The notes below the pieces were generated by a model. That model saw only the letters and a list, made by a program, of their open reading frames with translations, searched no databases and was not told the origin of the DNA. Positions 8,582-19,625 of a stretch of 20,000 nt of DNA are shown here, piece after piece. This DNA is from Paraglomus brasilianum (lineage: Eukaryota). Both the position numbers and the translations under genes were made by a program. Where the stretch lies: positions 53,495 to 73,494 of the forward strand of contig CAJVPI010000034.1 in the NCBI GenBank assembly GCA_910592345.1. The letters run 5' to 3'. Numbering within the stretch: position 1 is the stretch's first letter; every line of letters starts with the position of its first letter.

Positions 8582-10709
8582 CTACAGCTTAACTAGAATG
8601 CAAGTACAATCATCATACTCTTGCAAAGTGTTCTCGAAAAGTTCTCGATCCCCTTCTCTATTGCAGAGATGCTTTACAATGTCCATGGGTGACTCTCCAA
8701 TATCTATTTTTCGGCCGACCTGAGTAGCTATAGTCAGATTTTGTACTTCAGGCTTGCTTGCATACATGTGGTCAAATAGCCCGTCAGTGCTCATTAACAG
8801 GAATCCACGCCCACTAGTATCCGAGAGTCGGTCGAGCCTGGTAAAGTATACATCTGGAACGCAAGATACCACTGGCTTATTGGGATCAAGCTTAAAAAGT
8901 AAATCGCCAATTGTAGCTGCCACATTAAGTGACCAGTTGATTCCTCTACCATTAGAATACGGAATACCAAGATCATTATTTGCGTCTTGAAGTCTGATAC
9001 GTGCTCTCTTCAGACTTGGTCTTATTCGTCTCTCGTGTCTAACAGGGTCGAACTTGATGGGTTTGTCATTGTTGTCTACAAACATACCGCCATTGCAGAA
9101 GATATTTTGTGCCAGACGTTCAAGATATGGTTTGTGATCCTCACTCGCAAAGTCGACTATCCATTTGTTTCTAACTCCATGAGCCAGGACTGTGCGCGAA
9201 TCCCCAACATTGGCATTTATAAGCCAATCACCAAAAAAGATATTCAACACTAATGTTGCGCCATCGTCAACTGGTTCAACTTTACTTTCTTGATTCCGCC
9301 ATTGACGAAATTCTTCCCTCTTTCGATCAAGATACTCGTTATCCAGACACTTGATGACCTCCGTCATATCTTGTTTGAACTTCTCTTGCACAGATACCTT
9401 GCACATCTGAAACGGCGTATAATCCTGTAGTAGTTTTTCGATCATTTCAGGTATTCTTTCTGTTAAAAACTTTGAGCATCCTGCACCACCATGTCCATCA
9501 GCAATGCAAAAAAGCCTTGTCATCGGCTGTCCGTTTTGCATATATAAATCCTTGATACAAAACGAATCCTCGCATTGCGGCTTCGCGACCCTCTTCTTCG
9601 GACGATTTCTTAAACGTGGATATGAGTAACCGGTCTGCTGTCCTACGCAGAAATCAGACGGTTTTAATGATGTATCAATAGCAAAGTCTGTTGGCTGATA
9701 CGTCGTCAATAGCATGTCAATCAATGACTCCATCCTGAATTGAAGAATACGAGTTTTAATGTGATCATACTTTTAAGGCATAATATATGCAAAAAATCCA
9801 ACTCACTCTTCAGACGTCTCGTCCAAACCGGCCATTGAGTCAGTGGTTAATCGACCGTTGGGAACATAGCAAGATTCAGATTCGGAGGACCAGTCACTAT
9901 CAACGTCCGAAAGATCTGAACCAGAGTCGATTAAGTCTAACCAGTCAAATTCTGGGCCAACCTTCGTCTTTACGGTCGACTGCGCGCTATTCGACTTTGA
10001 ATTAGAATGCTCCGAACTCAGACGACGCCCTTTATACCCCTCCGCGCGCTTTCGCTTTTTTGAATGGCTCGAGGCCCGAACCGTTCGTTTTCGCTTCTTA
10101 TTAGTAGTTCGTCGTTTTGATTGCACGCTATTTCCACTAGTAGGCGCCGCTATAAGCTGAGGGGTCGTGTCTATTGGCATCTTATCGGAGAATATCGACC
10201 CTTTCGGGAATAACTCTGGTGATAGGCGGTAATAGGTACCCCTGCCTCCATCACACTTCAGTTTGCTTATTGGCGGGGGAACTTGAAGTTGCGTCGCAGT
10301 GGATAGCACTATGGATATACTCCCTTGTATTGTGGAAGCCGGAGTCTTTCCTCTATTAAAGATAAAGGATCAGCTCTGAATGACCTAACAGTTTAGCAAA
10401 TCAATTCAAGTATCAAGCGTCCGTGAAGGGTCGCTCTTAAAGTCACTGTTTAACTTGCCTCAATCGGATAACATTTAACGCGTGACATGCAGCTGAGAAA
10501 AGTAATCGGTTAACTTCATGTCCCAAAATAAATCTACTGGATCAACACGGTTATGACTCAATTTCATTACCAACGATCTGCTTTGCTGTCAACCACTCGT
10601 TTCCCATTTTCAGGAAGACATGACACATGGCTGTTAGTACTTTGTTTTTTCGCAGCTCGGGGTGCAATTCGAGACTCTCGACTGTAAGGCTGTCGTTTTG
10701 ATCCTTCAT
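8582..10709 (-). CDS. PP2C/PPM-family Ser/Thr phosphatase with N-terminal HARE-HTH-like winged helix; 4 exons, 623 aa
   Basis: Exons 10709-10571, 10492-10459, 10352-9807, 9734-8582 (1872 nt). Introns: GTAATG..CAG, GCAAGT..TAG (GC-AG), GTGAGT..CAG. The ATG sits in CCCATCATG context with an in-frame stop upstream. PP2C motifs: QCEDS, FCIADGHGG, DDGATL, ANVGDSR, SEDHKP, IGD, STDGLFD, YDDCTCILV. The PP2C domain is near-certain; the 5' exons are manually inferred. Confidence 0.85.
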
Positions 10710-11108
10710 GATGGGAGCAACAAGTTGAAAGTCGTATTAAGATGGGTTGTGTTTTTGACGATGATTTATGGATTGACACCTACGTCACGGTTACACAGAG
10801 AAATTAAGCAGTTGACGCGAGACATAACTGTCCTGCGAGAGAGCTAGTGTTATGTTTTTAATTTTAATCGATTGATGCTTTCTGCAACTGTCCTGTAAAT
10901 CACCTTATTCAGGATCAGATTGTAGTGCCAAGACAAATTACAATGAAACACGCACATAAAGGCTACAAACTGATCCCGGTTCTGTAAAGATACCAACAAA
11001 TTCAAACCCATATAATATTGATACATCTATGGACCACATAAATTAAAACGTAAGGACAGTATATATACATGATATAAACAATTGAACAAGTTACATGCAT
11101 AATCTATC

Positions 11109-14100
11109 TCAAATATCTTCGTTCTCTTTTGTTGCCACTGTTTTCGCGTGTTCGCGATGCTCGTCAGCGGTGGCAAATAACGATTTTATCACTTCTTGAT
11201 CTTCGGAAGTCAAGTCCCTAGTAAGTAGTTGATAGGACAATGGATTGCGTTGTTGTAATCCTATACAAAACGGGACATCCGAGAATCATTAGGCTAATTA
11301 GATCATTTACGTAATTACACGTAAGAAACACTTACCAACTAGCGTCTCCTGGAATTTGATGTACGCATCAATATCATCAAGTGGAGATTCAAACAAGACC
11401 TCTTCCTTGATGTCATCTTCATCGTCATCCGTCTCTTCCGCTGCCGCCTTTTCTGCCTAATACAAAAATGATAGAGCTAAACATGTGTTGCAACACATGA
11501 TGCTAAGCATAGATAATATTACCTCTTGCGCCAACATCTCCAAGTACTCGGTGTCTTTATCGAGCACATCCTCATCATCAGCTACAAGATCAGCGGGAAA
11601 GATTAGATCACTTTATATACTCATTGTGTCAAATTAGCACACACCATTTTCTGTAGCAAGGTCCTCAAAATCATCATCGGCTTCCTCATCCCCGCCAAAA
11701 GCCTTGAATCGGTCAGATTCATCATCATCACTATCAATGCCTTCTTCATATGCTTTTTGCATGCGTTCTCGATCTATGAAATTAGATCAATTCAGATTCT
11801 TCCGTGATCCTGCAAATTATCATGAACATACAGTTTCTTACTTTGTTCAGCCTCAGGCAATCCTTTTAGTACAGTCAACAAAGCCTGTAATATTTGCGAC
11901 CACCCCACCTGCACTGCCTGTGGCAGTTGTTCTGGAGGCAATTCTACTAGTACACATAATGCCATAATGGTGAGTTTCTTATCATGGACACGATTAAATT
12001 TGTCTAGGCTTTGGAACCAAATCGTGAAAAAAGCCTGCGTTGATTGGCGTTCCTCAAGGATGACAAGCGTGTGTAGCGGGTTATAATATAGAGCATTGAT
12101 TATCTTGTTGATAGAGTAAACCAAAAGATGATAAATTAGGTATGATAAATAGAATGGCGCTAAATTCGATAGGATTATATTAGAGTATTTAGGTCAAGAA
12201 CCGAGAAAGAATAATTGGAACCTACAACTTCAAGAAGATAAAGTTTGAATGCTGTGCTGCGTAATTCTTGTACTTTGGCGAAGTACATGAAAGCAAGGTC
12301 CATAAACGGTCTTACATACTGTCATAACAAAAAGTGCTTTAGTATTCATTTTGACTAAATCTTATAACACCTTTACTAGACGTATAGCAACTCGATTGGT
12401 ATTAAATCTCACCTGGTCTACTTGACCTCTGCAATTCAACAGAACAGATTCCATTAGTTTACAACCAGCCACACGGTCACTTTCCTCCAACCGATCATGC
12501 TTCATTATCTGCATATTATGCATGTGAACTCGATTATTAATATTGTATTTGCGCTTATGAGGTCTCATAACAGTAATACACACCGTATCAATGATATCCA
12601 TCATCATGGCTTGTATGTTTTGATTTTCTAACAATACATCTTTGCCGTATGATATATAATTATCCAACGAAGGCACAATGTCTGAAAAAAAGTGGCAGTC
12701 TACAATTAGTGTTCAAAAAATTATACTATTCACATCCAATATACTCTCCATTGCATTTCGGATGTATAGTTCTATGACGAAAAAGAATTACCTTCAATGT
12801 AATCTATTCCAGCATCTTTGACAGATTTGTATACTAAATCAAACACGTTCCACATAGCCGGTGACACTTTCTTTGTTGTGAAAGTGCAGTAATCGATAAT
12901 CTCAAACACATCATCATACAAATCTAGCACAAACATTAATTGCTCGTTTAGTCAAATTACAATTCCACTAGTGCAAGGCTAATCAACACCAGAATATGAG
13001 GTCATTTCATTCATATTTACCGACAATATTATTCTGTAGAGTATACGTAATTACTGGAAGTAAGGATACTTCCATCTGAGCGAAAGTTTCCGGAGAAATT
13101 TCCAAGTTCACGATCATACCAGACAAAGTCTTAAGCACACCATTCGCTGCCATAGTCTTATCATCAATAGTAAGAGAATTTAAAAAGTCCTCATCACGAT
13201 CTTCAGGAATCGACTGAACAATTCGCAGATATGCATCACGCTACGAGAAAAAAATATATTCAGCAATTACTGGTATGCAATAGAAAAAATCAAGTAAGAT
13301 ACGTCGAAAATGAGTACCAATTGCTCGCATAATTGAATCGCGAATGGGCTCAGTTCTTTTGAGAACACTTCAACAAATTCCTCCATTACAGTAGTAAGAA
13401 TGTCCATATCAGCTTGATTTGTGAGGTTGATTAACTCTGTTGAATAGTAGATGAAAAGCATTTAGCTAACTACAGGATTTAGAAATCAACGTTCATCACA
13501 CAACGACGGTTGCTGTTTTGCCTTGCATAACCACGGGCAGACTCGGTGAAAGCGCCGTCCTAACTTCAAGGATATATAGAAGAACGAATCATAGATAATC
13601 AATTAATTATATAAAATTACAAAAGACAAACTAGAGAGAGAGTATATATATTTAGATATTTTATAACGCACCAACATCATGTCGTATCATACTCTGCAAA
13701 GCCAAAGCAGCTTGTACTTTTACGGGTAGTTCCACGTCCCTCATGCAGTCGGTAATCCCTTGGAAAGCAGCCGCAAGGTTTTGCTGGTCTTGAAAATTCA
13801 GTTCAGAGAATTTCACTAACATATCACATGCCTACCCGTAGATCCGTAAAGTAAGTACTTCGCATATTCACGTTTTCACAACGATCTTAAACATTACTAT
13901 CACATTCTATCCTTTTGCCGTACAACTTACTCTCGCCCTCAAGAATGGATGCTGACTCTTGAATTCTGGAAATACATGCTCAACGAAAAATCCTTCCATT
14001 AAATGAGTAACGTTGCTCCTTTTCCTTAAAATTTGATCGGCCAAGCATCCCATCATTCTCAATGCACCATCTTTTTCTCCTGGTTTCTTCTCATTTGACG

Positions 14101-15870
14101 GAGCTTCTTGATAGGTCTTGAGTATAGAATTAATAACCACTAGAATCCCATTAAGTACGTGCTTCCGACGGTGTCGTGTCAGATCTATCAAGAATGTGGT
14201 AGCAGCATTTACTGGCGATGTAAAGTCTTCGAGCGGGTCAACCTTTTTATGTATGTATTCAATAGGATCCTCCAACCATAGTTCATTGTCTTCAGTAGTA
14301 AAGCAGAGTTGCGGGAAAATGAAATGAGAGACTAGCTCGCCACTGTAAGGTTTTAAAATCTGCCATGTCTTCTTGTGAAAAATTCTGTTGTCGGTTATAT
14401 AAAAATTTCCGGGTTCTTTATTTCAATGCTAGCTATCACCAAAGACACGAATTAATCAAATTTCACGTTATACTCACGCATCCTTATAGAAATCAGCCAA
14501 GGAGAACAACGCACTCTTGCTCAACCATTGTTCTTTTTTAATCCATAACTCTGTTTGATGTAAGTATTGTCTTAGGATCTGTGGTGCAAAATTCTCAATG
14601 AAATTCTCGGCAAATGTTTTGTACAAGTTCCAAGCTGAACGAGGAAGTTGTGCTGGGTTGCCATATCTGCTGAACAAGCGATTTAGAATGCTATATGCCC
14701 ATTTTTTAGGACGCATCCAGCCAAATTTCTCCCGTTCCGCAGGATCAGCAGGAAGTGCTGATTCTGGGCTAGGTTTAGCAACTATGTTAAGAAAAAGCGT
14801 TCCCCAGTGGACCAATGATGAATTGTCTTGAAGTTCTTTGACAAGTTCGTACTGTAGGAGTTGAGGTATACAGGGATTAGTCAGAGTAAAGTGGCTTACA
14901 GTAGCCTTGGCATATCAATGATATGTTACTTACGTGAACTGCCGACGAATACGTTTTAAGTATTATCCTCATGAGCTCTGCAGCATCAAGACTGTCTTCG
15001 TTCTGTATCCTTAGCGCAACTTGTAGAATTACCGGAAACGCAGTTTGGATGATTTCTCGTAAAGGGCTTCGAAAATCTTCTGATTTCCATCTGTAAAGAC
15101 GTAATTAGCTATTTTACTCTAACAAATGCAAACTTATATTTAATAATAATAATCACTTACTGGTAAATTTTAACAACTTCTAACAAAGCCAAACAACCGA
15201 TGTAAACTGTGCTCAGATCATTCGATGTGAGCATCATTTGCACTTGCGACAGATAATCCGGCCAATTCTTTGGATGCTCTCTAGCCAAGACGCGGTTTAA
15301 ACAATCAAGCAATTGAATCCTATATAAATATAAATTTAGAATAAATTACATTATATTTGTTTACGAAAAATTGCTTGATGTACAAAATATTTTTACCTCA
15401 CATTATTTGGGGTGTTTAAGAGCACGTTGAGAATATTTTGTTTAAAGCCCCTCCGGTCACCGTCCGAGATTGGTACTGCTTTCTTATTGTCCTCATCCAC
15501 CTCCCATGAACTGCGAATACGATTTTTCAAATATATAGCGGCTAAATGACAATTAACGTATAAATTGTTGATTTGTCAAACGTATAAGTTTAAGACTTCC
15601 ATTAGCTCATGATATTAACATACCAGCCTGCCTTGTGCCAGTTTCGCTCTCTTGTGACCCAATCATTTGTAGGCAGGTCGAAACAAAGCCCGGCATAACC
15701 TCAACCTAGATAAAGTTCTCTCAGTCAATACTCGCGAATTGATAGTTATTTGCGGTACCCACAAGTTCCCCAATTCTCACTCTTTTTAGCTGTAATTCAG
15801 CTTGTTTTTGGATATTAGGATCAGAATGATAAGTGGCCGTAAATAGTTGGTATATCGAATGGTAATCCAT
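11109..15870 (-). CDS. NMD5: Importin-7/8 family karyopherin (Nmd5/Sxm1-like; IBN_N + Cse1-type HEAT repeats + acidic tail), 20 exons, 1047 aa
   Basis: Exons 15870-15781, 15705-15624, 15541-15397, 15319-15161, 15090-14934, 14851-14478, 14384-13931, 13831-13672, 13563-13522, 13436-13318, 13240-13021, 12923-12792, 12681-12584, 12508-12413, 12318-12226, 12103-11842, 11773-11645, 11581-11523, 11456-11336, 11260-11109. Total 3144 nt, in frame. Motifs: RQAAAIYLKNRI, KKWAYSILNRLFSRYGNP, WLEDPIEYI, EKDGALRMMGCLA, FLRARAC, ELPVKVQAALAL, DDKTMAANGVLKT, PSLDNYISYG, RVHDKKL, ESPLDDIDAY. Confidence 0.93.
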
Positions 15871-15955
15871 TTTTCCGATTAGTTCGAGAGAGCGGGAGCC
15901 TGTTTACTGTGAAAGAATTTTTTGCTGCATCCAGATGATCGCGTAAATCAATTAT

Positions 15956-15963
15956 TCACGTGA
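15956..15963. promoter_or_regulatory. Palindromic E-box TCACGTGA (bHLH, Cbf1/Tye7-type site) in the importin promoter
   Basis: Perfect TCACGTGA about 86 bp upstream of the importin ATG (15870, minus strand). Support is position only. Confidence 0.35.
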
Positions 15964-16015
15964 TAGTGTTGTACAATATTCAATGTAAAGTTAAAGTACT
16001 GACAGTACATACTAA

Positions 16016-17669
16016 TACAGTCGAAGCTCGAAACTTAGGCACAGCCCATGAACTCCATGCATGATTTGTTATAGTGGACTTCTTGAAATCTACACTCAAG
16101 AAATGTCAACAGATGTAAACTCTGTTGTTCATGCGTACATCGTTTTGAAGCTAATTAGTTGTATTTTTTAAAATGGTATGGGATTTAAATACCGTCACTT
16201 CATCAAGCTGCAGCTTTAAAACGATAGCAGGGCTTTATTTTTATACAATTAATTAGAACAAATCGTTATATATAATACGTATGGACAATAGAGATTTTCA
16301 AATTAAAGGGTTACTATGTTTCATTAATAAAATTTGTTTTCTTTGGCGGCGGTATACCTTGCAAGTGAAAGACACTTTATTGCATTCAATAAAAATACAA
16401 TATTACAACAACAATCTTAAAGGTAACAAATGTCCAAGTTAATTAGTCGTCCCTCTCTACGGTCACCTCCTCTATAAGCACACTTGGGTTACAATCACGC
16501 GTTTTTATAGAACCGACCGAATTTATAGTAAATTACTTCCCTACAGTCCTAATTTGCTTATAGTCACTATCACAGGACGTAGCGGAATCAATAAATAACA
16601 GATACCAGTGAAACTCAATATAATGGAGGACACGGTTCCTCCGCCAATACTAATACTAAATCGAAAGATCCGCTAAATCGATAGTTCGCGATATACCGGA
16701 TATTATAAGTAAATGTCTGTTACGCTAACAAGTCATCAACAGTAATTTATTACAGATTCAATTGACATTAAATTCACAATCCTTCCAACGTAGTTTGTTT
16801 CTTCTTTCAAATGCTTTTGCGTGTAATGAATCTTCTGAGATTATGTAGCTTGTTCATTAATGATGCGCTAATCTTAAATTATTCTGTTGAACATATTTTA
16901 CCACATTATCAAGTCCTACGATTACATCATTGACAATCTCCTAATTCCGTTTCCACGCGAAGTTAACGACAAATATTAGACAATGTCCACACCGAAAATT
17001 ACTTCAAACTGTAATCTATCCTTTTTTTTTTGCGCCACTTAAAGTAAATTCGCTTTGAAGCAGAATGTTTATGATCGTTCGATTTTTAAATTGGTTGGCC
17101 AGACAATATGGATCGTTATATCAAGCATATTTTTATTACAATGACATTATAGTACATTTGGATTAGCATCCGTTATAAGCTTATCGAAAGATTACTCATA
17201 ATCTCCGGTATATCAAGACACGTTTAATTAGTGATAATTTGGATCCGTCAAAAATCTCCGTATTAATAATTAAGCGATATCCGTTATATCGAGAATCACG
17301 CGCATATATAATTCACATTTAATAAATCGTTGTGTTTGTTATCTATAATTAGAATCGTGAAACAACTCTGCAAACTAGTTTGTCGTAGAGAATTGATTTG
17401 CTTTTTCTTATTTGACGTTATAAATATTTTATTCCTGACAATATAGAGCATTTGATTGCTGTACATAATTCAATGCTGTTTTATTTGAAACGGATGGAAA
17501 TTTATCTTCATTATCTTCTTCGTCTCAATTACATTATGCAGAGAAGTGTTATAACTGCAGAAATTTAATTTGATTTTTAGAATACAATTTATATTAATAT
17601 TACTTTTATAAGGGGACAATCCGTGTGTTGATAATAGAGATGTGTTGATATTAGAGAGGGTAGACTGTA
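16016..17669. mobile_element. Cluster of nested, decayed pogo/Tigger-family elements
   Basis: TIR-like start TA|CAGTCGAAGCTCGA at 16016. A degenerate TIR pair AGTCGTCCCTCTCTA (16445) / TAGAGAGGGTAGACTG|TA (ending 17669). A minus-strand frameshifted transposase tail at 16940-16774 (EIVNDVIVGLDNVV..YVQQNNL..ISASLMNKLHNLRRFITRKSI*KKKQTTLEGL*). Repeated TCCGTTATATCGA-like motifs at about 16668, 17111, 17168, 17203 and 17279. Confidence 0.55.
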
Positions 17670-18591
17670 TTTTGATTGTATGATAATACGGATAGTGAGC
17701 AAACAACAAATGATAGCTGATGACATAGATCATTAACACGCCTCACGATCAAATTCATAATAGCCCTGTTCAATTCTGTCTGATTGGTGGTCGTAAAATC
17801 ATGTGATGGTATCGGAACGGTCGTTTCGCTTTGTATTCCATTTCCAAAACTCACGTGTTGTACCACGATGTCAAGTATGTTTAATGCAAAAAGAGAAACT
17901 GAAAAAGGATGACTTGAAGTCTTCTTCCTCTGGCGACATACAGCAGATCGAAAACACGAAACACGGTCAATTTGCGCATTCTCTGATTGACTGTTTTCAA
18001 ATTTGTGTAGATCAGGGCTAATACTTCACTGCGCGAAACAACATCAATGATTACATATCTATTGACAATCGAGATGTGTAGACGTTGTGACAGTAAATAC
18101 ATATGTAATATTAGCCTCAAATATACATGAATGTAGACTACAAAGGCACTATCAGCTATCAAGGGGATGACAATTCCTGTAACAGGCAGTCATTGAACGA
18201 GATGTTTCGGGTTAAATTTAACATGTACATTGAGAATGGCACTGTCATCAAAAATTATGTCTTGCTTCCATTGTCAACTGAAAATATTCGGCATTCGGCT
18301 CAAATATATACGCGACCTGATTTTATCAATGACATCGTCTGAGTAAGGACAATGAACATCGATCATATTATTATCGATAACACAGTTACGTATGATGAAG
18401 TCAATATCAAAGATGCGATAAAGATTCGATCCAACGTGATGACAATTTAGCCAATCGCAGGATCGATTCTCTATATTTAAAAAATTAAATAATAATCAAC
18501 GAAATCGAAGGCATTTATTTATCAGTGATAAAATCTTACCAGGACGAAATAAATTTATAATTAATAATTATCTGTATATAATTATTATCAC

Positions 18592-19625
18592 TGTTATGGC
18601 CCGTTCTAGGATTTGACCCATTTCGATTTTGCAAAATGTGATAATCTACAGAAAAAGTTTTTATCACAGTGATACACATAGCATACTATTCACAATAATA
18701 CTAATAATGTTCATTCTAATAACACCTTTGATATTAAATGTATGAGCATCATGCAAAGCCATTCTGACCAAGGAATTGATTGAAATTCTTGCGGTCAGAT
18801 AAAGTATAAACACCGAGTGCAAACGTTCAGTATAATGCATATAGGCGAAACGAAATCTTTATTGCTCAAAAAAAGTAAAAACCGGTGTAGGATATGTATG
18901 ATGCAATCGGTTTTGTTCATGAAAACTTGCAACATGCTGGTACGGAAAGACATTCGATGAGCTACAGCTACATTCCTAGAAAATTAGTTGTCGCCTTTGT
19001 CAATGCATGTAGCTTCTGCACAAGTCGATGGTCAATGTTAACTCTAATATCTGCAAGCCCCATACTGCCAATGAATTTATGTTGTGGGTTCAAGTGAACT
19101 TGGTCGATCTGAGAATTCAGCGGGATGGTGACTACAAATACATAGCTCATGCCAGAGATTGTTTCCTGAGCAACAAATGCAAGATATAAACACTAAGCGT
19201 TCAGTATAATGCAAATTGGCGAAACGAAATTCTATTACTCAAAAAATATGTGCATGTAATCCGGTTTGTCAATGTGTATTCAGCGTTAACAAATAACTGC
19301 TAGTTGATAAAGCGTCAACTAATTAGAAACGCTAATTTTCTTTTATTATTATTATGTTATTCATATTTGCTATTCATAAATAAATCCGCTTGTTCGGGTG
19401 TTTATTATATTATTGATATCATTATTGCACATTATGAAGTGATATAATGGTTTTGGGATTCTGTTTGATGAATGGGCGGTACTAATATGCGTAGTTACCA
19501 CATAGAACAAGTTGCGTCTGAAATATAAGTAAAAAAAATGCTTGTTATGCATATTTGGTATTTGTCTACAAAATATCTGTTAGTGTGTTGTTACAGTGAT
19601 AAAAGCAAATCCTAGAACGGGTCGT
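18592..19625 (+). mobile_element. Internally deleted Ginger-type DNA transposon (KRBA2/SCAND3-like integrase pseudogene)
   Basis: The left end starts TGTTA. A perfect 16-bp inverted repeat CCCGTTCTAGGATTTG (18600-18615) / CAAATCCTAGAACGGG (19606-19621) marks the ends. Inside is an integrase HHCC zinc-binding segment (HENLQHAG...YSYIPRKLVVAFVNACSFC, from 18894). After a frameshift comes the start of the catalytic core, EFMLWVQVNLVDLRIQRDGDYKYIAHARDCF (family consensus roughly RVQVDLIDMR..PDG.YKWILH..DHF), which is then truncated. Confidence 0.8.

Noticed and set aside
8418..9253. Plus-strand ORFs 8418-8723, 8754-8990 and 8987-9253
   Set aside because: Antisense shadows of the PP2C exon.
10567..10779. 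70-aa minus-strand ORF as first exon of the PP2C gene
   Set aside because: Wrong frame: it does not splice in frame to the downstream exons. The overlapping frame starting at ATG 10709 does, and it encodes the winged-helix start.
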